64,000 nt of DNA from Amoebidium appalachense (GCA_963693365.1 CAVNZM010000005.1:10377728-10441727), one strand, 5' to 3'; shown: positions 39,969 to 53,839, numbered from the stretch's first letter. Notes: generated from the letters alone by a model not told the origin. Numbers and translations are program-made.

Positions 39969-42549
39969 CGCTTCACAGACACAGACACACACACACACAC
40001 ACACACACAAACCAAGGCCCACACACTTAAACGGACGTACATATACATGCGCAAGCACGCGAACATAGGGTAAAAAGAAACAAAAACATGAGCACCACAC
40101 ACACACACATATACAAAAGTTATCCAAGGAGTGCTTGCTTATTCGGTAGCACTTTTACTCGGTCAAGGTTTGAATTAATGTAATGCTTCCACACACTCCC
40201 GTCCAACCTTCCCCCCTCCCCCCCCCCCCCCCCCCCCCCACCACCACTACCAAAGAAAAACCCCATCTTCACACATTCTAATCCCCCCCTCTTGGACCCA
40301 CCCATCCGTTCTAGAAACCCCTTTCCACTAAAGCGAAAATGTGGCAAAGCTACAACCGATGGAGCAGAGTGTATGTATTTGTGTGCACGGCATTTTTTTT
40401 CTTTGAGCGGGGAGGGGGGGGGGGGGGGGGGGTGGAGGGGGGCAGCAGAGGCATCAGCAGTATATGCTGAAAGAGTGTGGGCATGTCTGTTTGTTTTGTT
40501 TTTTTCTGCGGGGGAGGGAGGGGGAGGGTTTGGGGGGTTGGGGGAGGGGGGAGGGGGAGGGGAAGTGACTGCAAGAAGGAGAACACCGTATAAAAGGGGC
40601 ATGTTTACAAACGCTTTTTTTGGCACAGTGGACGAAGGAGGAGGAAGAGAAGGAATGGAAAAAGTACTGCACAAAGGAGAGCGCGTACCTGCGCAAGAGG
40701 CGCACACGCCTGAGATTTGCAGAGTTCCAGGTGCTTGCACAGGTAAGAAATGCTTGTTTGTACTGTTTGCACTGCCACGGCTATTTCGCAAAATTTTTAC
40801 CTGTTTATCTAATGGTGTTGTGGTACTTATGGTGTCCTATGGAAGAGGGGGGTGGCGCGGGGAGAGGAGGATGGGGGGGGGGGGGGGGGGGGGAGAAGGG
40901 AAAGGGAGGGGAGGAAGGAGAAGGCTGCTCTATTTGGAGGGGGGTTTTATTTTTTTTATTATTTTTTTGGAAGGAGGGGGGGGGGGGGAGGGGGGCTGGA
41001 TCGAATATATATGAGATAATATCAAGCCACTCAAGCTTTAAAAAAGAGCCGAGATTACGATGAAATGCTCGTGCACGTTAGATTTGACAGCTAGTTACCC
41101 CTTTGTGCAATGAGCAGCAGAAATTGTGCAGTGGTTTTCTCCGACCCGATTAGTGGGGTGTGTGATTGGTCTTAGTGGCAGAGGGGTAGAGTTACTGACT
41201 TTGTTTTTGGGTTCGCACAGATTGGCAAAGGTGGCTACGGTGAGGTAAGGCCCCCCCCGCCCCCAAAATCTGCATTGTGTTCCCCGTGATGAATATGTAC
41301 TTCGTTCCCTGTAACACATTTTCAACCAACCCATCCCCTCCCCCCTCCCCTCTTCCCCCTCTCTTCCCCTTTCTCTTCCCCTATGCTTCCAAGTGCAAGG
41401 AAAGAGATGTTACACACATTGCCTCCTTCTGCGCGAAGGGAGGGGGCGGGGGGGGGGGCGGGGGAGATCGTTCCTTCATCAGCTGCTCAAGTGTGTGGGG
41501 GGGAGGGGGGTAGTAGATGAGCTTTCTCCTGCAGGGTCTTGTTGTCCTTCGACCTGTTTCTCCTTTTGTGGTGGTGCCGTGCTTGTGTGCTGCTGGTGGT
41601 GGTGGTGGGAATAAGGCCGGGGAACGGTAGGTCTGCGTGCGGAAGGGAAACCGGTGGTGATTGTATATGGTGTAGTAGTGGTGGTGGGCGTCTGGCGCCC
41701 CGCGGGCGGGGGGGGGGGGGGGGGGGGTTGGCGGCGGACGGGTGAGAGGTGGGGTTAGGTGTATCTGTGTGTGTGTGTGCGTGTGTGTGTGTGTATGAGT
41801 GAAGGAGTTGGGAGGGGAGGGGAGGGCAGGGGGCAACTTTACAGGTAGAATGTATAGTGACTGACCAGTAATGGGTGGTGCAGGTTTTCTTGGCGCAGAA
41901 AAAAGACACAAAGGAGGTGTGCGCGTTGAAGAGGATGAAGAAAAAGTCCCTGATGGTGCAGGACGAGGTGCGTTTTTTTTTTGTTTTTTTTTGTGTGTGT
42001 GTGTGTGTGTTGGGGGGGGGGGGGGGGGGGGGGGGGGGATGGGGAAGGGGGGAGGAGGGGAGGGGGGGGATTCTTTGCATGAAGTGGGCTCTACGTGTCA
42101 AAAGGGCTACCTTAACGGAGACATGGAGCATGGAGTATGTGTCAGGCCCTAATGGGCCAACCGGGACCTGAAATGAGATGGGAGAAGGGGAAAGGAGAGA
42201 GGGGAAGGAGGGAGGGGAATAGATGTGGTGAGATGGGACTGGGGTGGGGCGGGGGGGTAGGGAGGGGGGGGGGGGGGGGAGGGGGGGGGATAGAACTTTG
42301 TGGAATGGAGAAGGAGTGGAAAAAGATATGGTGAGATGGGGGAGGAGGGTAACGACATGGTGGGATAGGTAGTAACATGACCCTGGGGCCGGGGGGGGAG
42401 GAGGGGGGGAGGGGGGGAGGGGGGATTGAGCAATCGGCTAGGGAGGGAGAGAGGCAAAGAAAAGGGAAGGAGAAGAGAGAGCTAGTGTGAGGGGGAGGGG
42501 TGGGAGCGGGGGGCAAGAAAGAAAGAGACCCAGAGAAAGGGAGAGAGCA

Positions 42550-42581
<32 letters not shown>

Positions 42582-42763
42582 TGAGTGAGCGAGCGAGAGA
42601 GAAAGAGAGAGAGAGATAGAGAGAGAGGGAGGGAGGGAGGGAGGGAGGGAGGGAGGGAGGGAGGGAGGGAGGGAGGAAGAGAGAACCTCGGAGAGCCGAA
42701 TTGAGAAATGGGACCGTGTGGATGTCTGTGCGCGTGGGTGTAGCTGTGTGTGTGTGTGTACGT

Positions 42764-42818
<55 letters not shown>

Positions 42819-43742
42819 CGTGCGTACGCTTGTGGGTGTGGCTTTTTTTTTGGGTGGGGGGGTTGGAGGGGGGGTTGGTCACTAAAGAGGGGGGTGGCGT
42901 GTGTTTCACAGGTGTACCACATCCGCAACGAGCGAAACGTGCTCACAGCAACAGACTCTGCCTGGCTGGTCAGGTTGCTCTACTCCTTCCAGGACGATGT
43001 TTACGTCTATCTGGCAATGGTGAGGGTCACGGAATACTTTTGTAGTTCCTGTGTGTTTTTATTGTGCCTGTTGTGTTTTGTTCTTGGTGCTTTTTGGTGG
43101 TGTGTCAGTTGTCAGTGTCTTTGATTTAAATGGTTGTTACCCTCATATTGCTTCCATCACCTACGGTAACTCTAACCCGCGGCCCTTTCCACTGCTTGTG
43201 CCTGTGACGTCTGTTCGCTCCTATGATTGTAACACCCACACAACCAGCAACCATACACCCAGACTACCACACATGCACATATCCGTGCGCACACACGCTC
43301 ACGCACACACACACACACACACACACACGTACACGTACACGTACACACACACACACACACACGTACACGTACACGTACACGTACACAAGCACTCGTGCAC
43401 ACACAAGCGCACACATGCACACACTCAAATCATCCCATTCACCCACCTACTCATAACATAGTGTAGGCCATACACCTGAACACACACACGTACCACCAAA
43501 AAACCACAAGAAAATTTTCTCATTTTTTTCTTACATACACTGTCCTTTTCCTGCAATTGCCGATATTTGCACGAGCTAACGTTATGTTTTCAGGAATATG
43601 TTCCTGGAGGCGACCTGCGGACACTACTAAACGGCAGTGGTATCCCCCCCCCCCCCCCCCCCCCCCCCCCCTTGCGGCTGTTGTTTTGCTTGTCATTTGT
43701 TGTTCTGGTTGATTACATGTAATCTTCGCTTATTTACGTGCG

Positions 43743-43773
<31 letters not shown>

Positions 43774-45494
43774 TGTGCGGGGTTGCACACACCGGTATCT
43801 ACTTTTCTTCCTGCTGTTTTTCTCTCCACACACTTCGTCTGTCCACTTCTGCATTTTACACATTGCATTACGCGCACGCATGCACACACCGCTCTGTTGG
43901 CGACAGCTCCCTTGGAACCCATGCGGCATGTTACCCGCCGATGTAACATAACTCGGACTATCGGTTTGGCTTTTTTCAAGCCCAAAGCAATGGGTGATAC
44001 CATGTTTCCGGCTGACATCCGGGGGCATAGCTTTCCGTCCGAAGACGTTAAAGTTCTGCCCTAGTCAGCGTGTTACTACCCTGCGGCGTGGGTCAAATCT
44101 CATATTTTCCCCTCTGATTTCGAATTCTGCGGCCTACGGGACTTAATTCTTTTCAGCTGGTGTAGTATGTTAGCCAGGGAAGTATCGACTTAGGTAGGGA
44201 CGGGGGAGCTTCCCAGAAGCCCCGTCTCCTGAGTTCCTATCTATATTTTTCTTGCTTCTGCTTACTGCTGCAATTTTAACCCCAGGCCTTTCCCACTGCC
44301 CTTGCCTGCATAAGTAACCCTGCTCGTCTCTGATCAAGACGGGTGACCTACCCATGTTCAAGTGAACAGTATCTGAGTTAGGTTTCGTTAACGAGGTGAA
44401 TAGGTCGAAACTCGGGTACTGTGGATGACGTGGGGCCCCCCTGAGGATGGGCTCTGTCATTATGCATATTCTTTATGTATGGTTTGCATTCTGCATCGTG
44501 TTATCCGTTGTTCTTGTGTACTTCGTACTTTATGACGCATTCAACCCCCCCCCCCCCCCCCCCCCCCTCCCTCTTCACTCACCCCCATCCCTCTGCCCCG
44601 CTCCCACCCCCTCTTCCTCCGGGGGGAGGTATGATAGGAAAATTACAGTGGACTTAGAGCTGTGTTGTGCATTTTAGCTTTAGTTGTTTCCTATCCTCCA
44701 TGTCACTGATGCTGTGTGCCTGTGTTTTCAGGTGTGCTTCACGAACACCATGCACGGTTCTACATGATGGAGATGGTTATGTGTGTGGCTGCACTCCACC
44801 GACTGGGCTTTATCCACAGGTAAACCCCCTCACTCTTCCAGTTATCTGAACAAAACAATATCTATTCCCCCCCACTCTAACCTGTTCCTTTGGTGGGCTC
44901 TTTTCTGCAAAATCTGCGATGTGTTGTCCGTCATGAATGTGTACTTTGTACTCGGTAACCCCCTTCTCTCCCCCCCTTCCCCCCCCCCTGTCTCTCTCTC
45001 TCTCCCCCCCCCCTCCCACTCTCTCTCTCTCTCTCTCTCGCCCCCCTCCCCCCCCCCCCCCCCCCAACATCTCCCCTCCGCCCCACTCTCTCTTCCCTCT
45101 TCTTCCTCCATGGACGTACGTCAGACCTTAATCTGCCGCCATCTTATTCATATATTTGGTTTTTATTATTTGTTTGGACCACAGCATATATAGCAACCCT
45201 TGCCACATGAATTTTTTTCGGTAATAATTGCGCTGGTGCTACCTCTATACTGACCGACAAACCAAATTGCAGAGATTTGAAGCCTGAAAACTTTCTAATC
45301 GACGAAAAGGGCCATATGAAGTTGACCGACTTTGGGCTTGCAAAAGGAAACGTGAGCACTGAATACCGCGACAAAATGAAGAAAAAGGTACGGAATTTGG
45401 ATGATTTATCTTTATTGAGGGGACGAGTGGGGGTAGGAGGGCAGATGGGGTTTCTCTTTCTCTCTGTGCGTGTCTGTGTGCTTCTGTTTGGGTT

Positions 45495-45525
<31 letters not shown>

Positions 45526-46859
45526 GCGTGTGCGTGTGCGTGTGCGTGTGCGTGTGCGTGTGCGTGTGCGTGTGCGTGTGCGTGTGCATGTGTGTCACCC
45601 ATCCGTGTGTGCCTGTGTGTGTGTATGCCTCCGCGCCTGTGTGTGTGTGTGCCTGCGCGCCTGTGTGTGTGTGTGTGTGTCTGTGTGTGTAACCGTGTGT
45701 AACCGTGTGTAACTTTGCTTTTTCCTCCTTTTTTCCATAAGATGGCTCGGCTTACAATGCATATTCTTTGTATCCGCCCTTTAAAAATTTGTTGTGCTGT
45801 CAGTCGTGGATGTGTTCCCCGTATTCTGTAACACACTAATCCCACCCCCACCCCCCAGCCCCCAGCCCCTCTCCTCTCCCCACCCTCCCCACCCCTTCTT
45901 GCAGCCCTCTCCCCTTCCATTCTACCCCCCCCCCCCCCCCCCCTTCCCCCCGTCCCCCCCGCCTGCCCTGGGGTCGAAGCACGGGCACTGTGGATGGTGA
46001 AAACCCCTCCTGCGGATGGCCTCTGCTTATTGTGCATCCTCTCTATGTTGGAATGCACTCGGCATTATGTTGTCCGTTACGGATGTGTACTGCGTACTCA
46101 AAACATATCCTCCCCCCTCCCCTCCCCCTCCTCCCCCCCCTCCTCAGCTTGAAAACATCAAGGACAAGAAGCTCGTGCGCTACTCATCGATCGAAAAGAG
46201 GAACATGTACCAGACCATACGCACAGAGGACAGGACACGGGTATGTGTCTATGTGGTTGCTTTCTTCCCCCCTCGCTTTTCATTTTTCTACACGCGATTT
46301 TATTTTATGCACACACGGTGTGGGGGGGGGGGGGAGGGGGGAGAGGGGGGGGGGAGGGGAGGGTGTAGAGGGAGGGAGAGGGGGAGAGAGAGGGAGAGGG
46401 AGAGGGAGGGAGGGAGGGAGGGAGGCGAGAAAGAGATAGAGTGAGAGAGATAGAAGAGCGAAAAGAAGCACACAAAGACAGATGTCATTAGGCTTGTTAG
46501 GACACGGGTGAATAGGTCAGTTATTTCTTCTTTCCCCTCTCTCTATATTAAACCACAAAACATAGAAAGAGAGATATCTACCCAAAAAAAATATCAGATG
46601 AATTCTTGGGTCTTGGAGCCTGAACGTGTGATGCTCTAAGGCACCCTCTTCACAACCTAGCATGTTTTCCTTTCCTTTTTCAGTCGATTTTTTTCATGCG
46701 CTTAGATCGATTTTAACAACACGATGTTGGGTTTCCAACAGGCATTTTCTCTTGTTGGGTCACCTGACTACATGGCCCCAGAAATGCTTATGAATGAGGT
46801 GAGTTCACACCGTTTTTTATTGCCCTCCTGCTTTGAAATTTCGGTCGCTCTGATGAATC

Positions 46860-46893
<34 letters not shown>

Positions 46894-47140
46894 TTCCCAA
46901 AGCGGAGGAAAGGTTTTGGTTGCATAGGCGTTGTGTCTTCATTTTTTACATACTTGCATGGCGCTTTCCGTCATGCGTTTGTAAGTGTGACACACTTACC
47001 TCCCCCATCCTTTCCCCAGCCCCTTCTCCCACTCACCCACCCACCCACGCCCCGCACGGCCATGCTTGCACACTGTCACATACATGCAGGCAAACACTCA
47101 CCGCACTGGTTCACACACACCTGCACACACACGTACCGAC

Positions 47141-47195
<55 letters not shown>

Positions 47196-47334
47196 GTAGC
47201 ATGTGCTGACTTTGGGGTACACAGGGATACGATTTGCTTGTTGACTATTGGTCAATCGGTTGCATATTCTTCGAATTCCTTGCCGGTAACACCCCCCCCT
47301 CCTCCCCCCACCCACCACCCTCGCCCCCTTCACT

Positions 47335-47384
<50 letters not shown>

Positions 47385-48848
47385 TGCTCAGGTCATGTTG
47401 GTGGTCGTATGCACGGAATTGAATATTTCATCGGCTGTTTTGTCACTGTCCGCGAGTTATCCCATACCCCCGCACTTGTGGGCCTGTATGTGTGTTGGTG
47501 GTGATGGGGACGGGGGACGGGGGGGGGAGGGGGGCGCAGGACGGAGGGTATATGCTGGTGAGTGTGGTGGTTTGAGAGAATCGGAGGGTGGAGGGGAAGG
47601 GGGAGGGGGGTTAAGGGGAGGGGGAGGGGCGATGGAGGTGTGGGTGTTTGTGTGTGTGGGGGGGGGGGGGCAGAGGGGGGGGGGGAAGGGGGTGACGTGG
47701 GGCTGGGATAGCATTCAATCGAAATGGGGGAGATTTGAATCCATTAGGTTGTGGTTGTGCAAACCCAATAGCACCCTGTTACGTTTTTCAGCCTGTGTGC
47801 GGATATTTCCCCCCACTGACTTTATTATTCCTATTCACAGCATTCCCACCGTTTGGTGCCCCTACTATCGATGAGATCTGGGTCAACGTATACCACTGGC
47901 AAGAGGTACATGTTGCACCCCCCTCCCCCCCTCCTCCCCCCCCCTCTCCCCGCCATCAACACCAGCTCCTCCCCACTCGTCACTTGTTGCACGCTTTCCC
48001 CATGCTTTTCTTCGTGGAAAACCTTGTCTATTCACAAGGTCACAAGGTTTTTCTCGGTATTTCAAGTCCCCCTACCCACCGCAAAAGAAACAAAAAGAAA
48101 GAAAGAAATTAAGAAAATGTGTGCGTGTGCACACACGCACACACACACGCAGGCACACACACAGGCACGCAGGGACACATCCATGAACTGAATGAAAGAA
48201 AAGAAGAGAGGTGGTGGGGGAGGGGGGGGGAGGGGGGGGGGGGGAGGGGGGGGGAAGAACGATGCACTACACATTTTCGATTCCTAAGGGTTCTTGCACG
48301 GGCTTTGTAACCATATCAATTTGCCCCACCGCTTCTTCTTGCATTAGGTATGCCCTATTGGGTTATGATGGGCAATCGGCAAGAGGTTGAAGATTTTAAA
48401 TTTTAACCCATATTTCTTTACTTATAAATAAATTTGCTCTGTGCAGGTTTTGGAACGACCAACGTACAGCGGCGGCGATTCAGAATTCAACATGTCAAAC
48501 GATGCGTGGGACTTGATACAAAAGTACTCCTTGCTCGATCGATTTCTTTGTTTCTGATGGCGATATTATATCCCTCTGCCTTCGTTTTGTTGGGAATTAC
48601 CTTTGTTTGAGTTGCATGTTGTTGTTGTTATGGACAAAACCGAATCTAAGATAAATCGGCAGAGTTATTGAGAAAGCAGGGGGGAAAGGGTGAGTGGGTG
48701 GGTGAGTGAGGGTAGGGTGGGCGTGGGCATGGGGGGGGGTGGGTGGGGTGGGGTGGGGGGGGGGGGGGGGGGGGGGGCTGGACGGGGTAGAGGGTTGTGT
48801 TCGAGGGAAAAGGATAGGTGGGATGTTGAGCTGAGGAAGGGGTGGCCT

Positions 48849-48909
<61 letters not shown>

Positions 48910-49301
48910 TTGTGGTGGTGGTGGTGGTGTTTGGCGTAAGGGGGAGTACAAGTAGGGGCTATGGATAATGTGTTGACTGAGAGGGTGGTGTGGGTTCACA
49001 GACTCATTGCAGACAAGACAAAGCGCTGGCACAGTCCGTCCCAGATCCAACAACACCCCTGGATCAAGGGCGCTGATTGGTCAAAAGTCAGAGAGATGGT
49101 ATAGCCCTCTCCCCCACTCCCACCCCCTGCCCCCCTTTACACCCCTCCCCGCCTAATCCCCCCCCCTGGTGACTTGGGCCCCTGTTGAGGATGGGCTTTG
49201 CTTTGTGATGCATGCTAGCAGTGTGTGCTCTGCAATCTGCATTGTGTTGTCGGCTATGAACGTGTGTGTATGTGTGTGTGTGTGTGCGCGCGCGTGTGTG
49301 C

Positions 49302-49358
<57 letters not shown>

Positions 49359-50222
49359 ATCATAAGGTGGTGGTGGTGGTTGCAGTGTGTGTGTGTGTGT
49401 GTGCGCGCGTGCGCTCGTCCGCGTGTGTACCCTATGTGTGTGTTTGTCTGTGCACGTGCGCGCGTGCCCACGTGTCCACATTCACTGCTGACACGTACAC
49501 CCACGTCAGGCGCCACCGTTTGTGCCCGATCTGAGTGGGGAGCTGGATACGCACTATTTTGATGACTTCAGCAACCCCGATGACATGGCAAAATACGACA
49601 CCATGCTAAATGTATGCATCCCCCCCCCCCCCCCTCCCCTCCCCCCTCGCTACCTTCCCCCCCACCCCGCACCACCAACGTTACCACCGCACACACACAC
49701 ACGCTCACTCACTCAGACACCACCACCATCATACATATGCACACACACGCCCCACCAACACCACCACCACCATATGCATGCACGTGCACGCACGCACGCG
49801 CGCGCATACACACGCACACACACACACTTACACACTCACACTCACACTCACACTCGCCGTCACGACCACACTCACACTCACACTCACAATCACTCACTCT
49901 CCACCACCATCATACACTTGCGCACACCCACACACCCACACACCACCACCACCATACACGTGCACATGAGAGCAGGGGAACACTAGCACTCTGGCGCACA
50001 AGCGTGCACGGCATCTGGACACACAAATGTGTGCACTTACGCTTGCACAAACAGATGCCGTTACTGAGTGACTGGAGGGACGCAATCACCCCTACTATAC
50101 TCTTGATGATGTCCGTCGTGATTGTGTACTTCGTACTCTGAATCTTACTCTATCCCCCCCCCCCCCCCCCCCCCCCCCTTCACCACCACCACCACCACCA
50201 CCACCACCCTACCCCAAACACA

Positions 50223-50301
<79 letters not shown>

Positions 50302-50356
50302 AAACACGCACACACACCTCTTCTTTTCCTTCCCTTCCCTCCCCCTCCCTCCCCCC

Positions 50357-50399
<43 letters not shown>

Positions 50400-50676
50400 C
50401 TCCCTCACCCACACCACCCCTTTTCTTTCATTAGGACGATACACGTGATGCACCGCAGGGCAAGGGGCATCACAGCAACGATGCAGCAGGGGGCCGTAAC
50501 CTGTGGGTGGGTTGGACCTACCGCAGTAGAGACAACAGGTTTGGCCACTTTGACCAGAACACACTCAAGTTGGCCCAAGAAGGCATGCCTCTTCCGGAAC
50601 ATGGTAGTGTTTTCAACCCCTTTCCCCCCTTCTCTCCTCCTCCCCCCCCCCCTTTCCCCCCTTCCTCATCCCCCTG

Positions 50677-50760
<84 letters not shown>

Positions 50761-50865
50761 ACACACAGCCCCTCCCCCTCCCCCCCTCCGCCCTCCGCCC
50801 CCACACATACACGAACGCACGCACGCACACACACACACACACACACACAGACACACATACACACA

Positions 50866-50922
<57 letters not shown>

Positions 50923-51583
50923 CCACCCCACACCCACCACCACCACCACCAGCAGCACTTTTTTCCTTTTGTGTACTTCCGCGGTGTTTCTGATGTATGC
51001 ATACGTGAAGTGTTTGCTGTTTGCATGCATGTGTCCTGCAACGTGTTAACGTTGCTCGTCGTGTAGTTATTTGTACCGATCGCACACATTTGTTCCGCAT
51101 TCTAAATTTTCCCCCCTCCCCCCTCCCCCCCCTTTTCCCTTTCTTTTTTCCCCTTGCGTGGCCGTGATAGGCTCTGCTCAAGGGGATATGGTTTTGACCC
51201 GAGTCAAGTTGATTTTCAGCCCGGGTACTTTTTACTTTCCGTACTCGCAACCCCCCCCCCCCCCACCCCCTCCTCCCTCCTCCCCTCCCCCATGGCTTTC
51301 CGTCCCTCTCCCACCCTTACCCCCCCTGGAGGGGGATCCTTAGTGACCGACTTGCCCCCTTCATCACATAGTGTTTCCCTCCTTTCAACCCCACTCAGCG
51401 ATATGTCTCTATTCCCCACCTACTATCCCTGATTTGCATTGGGGACGTGCGCTTGGGATTGAGCTCGGTGATGTAGTAAAAGGAGGTGGGGGGAGGGGAG
51501 AAGAGGGGGGGGGGGGGGGGGTTCTGTTCTTCTGTTTCTACGCCTTTTTCTTTCTGTTTTTTATTTATTTATTTTTTTTATTC

Positions 51584-51614
<31 letters not shown>

Positions 51615-51705
51615 TAGCATGCTTGGCCGTTGAGTTATGAAGATATCATATAAATTCAATTCTTACACGTCACTACTTCCTACAGATGGGGACTCTTTGC
51701 TGTAG
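38820..51705 (+). CDS. DBF2: NDR/LATS-family Ser/Thr kinase of the Dbf2/Sid2 type (~501 aa, 18 exons)
   Basis: Exons 38820-38913, 39208-39299, 40629-40742, 41221-41244, 41884-41967, 42912-43019, 43594-43639, 44732-44819, 45273-45387, 46148-46240, 46742-46798, 47225-47285, 47841-47905, 48447-48523, 49002-49098, 49510-49611, 50435-50603 and 51686-51705 are all GT-AG and phase-consistent (1506 nt). Motifs: Mob-binding region [53 protein letters not shown] plus insert, [24 protein letters not shown], hydrophobic motif WVGWTYR. Confidence 0.93.
44121..44567 (+). mobile_element. Long copy of the C-tailed dispersed repeat, with its C-run, in kinase intron 7
   Basis: Matches the reverse complement of 9693-10120 and ends GACGCATTCAA followed by a C-run (44545-44567). 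It may extend further 5' to ~43895. Confidence 0.9.
45970..46110 (+). mobile_element. Diverged 3' fragment of the C-tailed repeat; its C-rich tail leads into the exon-10 acceptor
   Basis: GGGGTCGAAGCACGGGCACTGTGGATG..GGATGGCCTCTGCTTATT..GCATTATGTTGTCCGTTACGGATGTGTACT matches the family blocks in order. Confidence 0.75.
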
Positions 51706-53567
51706 CCACGCTACGCCCGGAGCCTTTGTGGTATTACGACACCATGGTGAAAATAGTCAACAACGACACATAAGAATGGTTTGGGGGGTTCAACACGTCG
51801 CCGTTTTCAATGATGAATGAGTGATTAGATGCACTTATGTACCGAAGAAACGCAGTGTGCTGCTTGCGATTTTACACCTACCCGGAAATTTTCACAGCTC
51901 TTTGATTTCCAATATGGATTTTTGGGTTTTTTGTTTGTTTGTTGCTTGGTTGGTTGGTTGGTTGGTTTTCTGGGGGGGGGGGGGGGGGGGGGGGGGAGGA
52001 AGCAGGGAGGGGGCTCGGGTCTTCTGTTGTCATGCAACTCTTTTTACTTCTTTTAATACTAAAGCTAATTCTTTGCTTCACGTTTCAATGCTTGAAGTAC
52101 ACTCCCATATGTATAGCTGCTTTGTGTTCGACAAATCCTTTGTAAATAGAAGGACTTACTTGATTCATTAGTTTATGATCAGATATATCCTGTAATGACA
52201 GATCACATACCTGGGTTTCCTTTAGCGGTTACCCATCAATATAGTTAGGAACCGTGTACCGTTGAAGCGCTTGCTTGCAAGTGCTTTACGTTGCAACTTC
52301 AAAACTTTGCTGCATAAAAGCACGAAACACCTTGTAGGTGTTGTTGCTGTCCGGGCAGGATGCATGAAAGACCCCATGATATTCTCTTTTAAGGGAGTTG
52401 TGTCAAGTCACTAACGGTTGTCACCGTGCACGGATTGGAATTTGGGTGTATGAAAAGGAAGGTGAAAATTCGCCAGTGCTGCTACATAGAGCCCCACCCC
52501 CCCCCCTGCCGGCCTGGGGGGGGGGGGGGGGGGAGGGGGGATTGAGGTTGCACCGTGGCATGGTTACAAAGACTGTAACTGCACTTTGTGTTCAGTTCGG
52601 TGGGTGAATGTTATCCGTGGGACTATGCATGGCATATGCATGCAACACAGTATTGACTGTCACTTTAGTGTGTGAGTTTTCGTGTTAGTGCGTATGACCC
52701 TAGCCAAACATTGAGAGCTCGAGTATGCGTATGTGTCGGTGTTCCATATGTGTGTGAGTCAGACTGTGTCGTGTTGCGTGACCATGGCAGACGGACTCAA
52801 TGCTGTATGTGTCATGGGCATCGATCACGCAGCAGAAGATAGAAGAAGAGGCTTGTGTGTGCGCGCACAGCCGGCAATGCACACATGCATATGTGACAGT
52901 GCCGTGAGCATGCATGCTTTCAGTTGAAGACGTCGTGTATGTGATTTGCACGTGTCCAGAGTCAGACGGGACTTATGTAGTACCGGCAGGTGAGTGTACA
53001 TGTACATGTGTGTTCGTGGATGACTCAGTGAGTCTGTGTCTGTGTGAAGATGAGATGGTCATTGTTTTGTTTTTATTATTTGAAAGTTTATTTTATTATC
53101 GTTTTGTTGTTGTGTTTCGGGGGTGAGGGGTAAAGGGGTCCCTCATGGGAACCACCGTCTTTCGCTAAGCATGCTGACGGTGCAACATCAGCTAACACTA
53201 GCAATCCTCTTTACCAAAGGTAACTGGGTAGTAACTGTAGCCCTGGGCAAGGTGTGTACTAACAGTTGGGTTTATGAAGGATGGTTCATCTTAGCTGAGC
53301 ACACAGATAGCACCCTAACTAGTGTACCGTCGGTGCTGTATGGTAGATGGTAGTTCCTTCGAGGGCCTGCAAGGGTCCTCCGGGAACAAAACTTGATTAA
53401 AATAAAAAAAATAAAAAAAACACTTAGCCCAGGGTGTTTGTCCCAGCCACGCTGGCCAAATTTAAGTTATAAACACGGGCTCTCATAAGTACAACTACAA
53501 TGTGGCGGGATTGTACGCCGGCTGGATAAGTCTGTGTGTGTGTGCCTGCACGTTTGGCATGCATTGT

Positions 53568-53611
<44 letters not shown>

Positions 53612-53623
53612 ACGTGCGTGTAT

Positions 53624-53686
<63 letters not shown>

Positions 53687-53727
53687 TGTTTGTGTGTGCG
53701 TGCGTGCGTGCGTGCGTGGGTGCGTGC

Positions 53728-53781
<54 letters not shown>

Positions 53782-53788
53782 ATGTTTT

Positions 53789-53839
<51 letters not shown>

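Noticed and set aside
43461-43482. GTAGGCCATACACCTGAAC resembling the 5' end of 5S rRNA
   Set aside because: Similarity stops after about 20 nt and there are no internal A/C boxes.
44020-44065. GHSF as a tyrosine-recombinase (DIRS) motif, or GGGGGCATAGCT as a tRNA head
   Set aside because: There is no in-frame catalytic Arg, B-box or cloverleaf; the match is too short to support either.
44401-44455. Hammerhead-like boxes GAAAC..GTA and CTGAGGA in the repeat
   Set aside because: Stems I and II cannot be formed around the boxes in any permutation I tried, and the GTA is not kept in the 6338 copy. The covarying helices use these bases differently.
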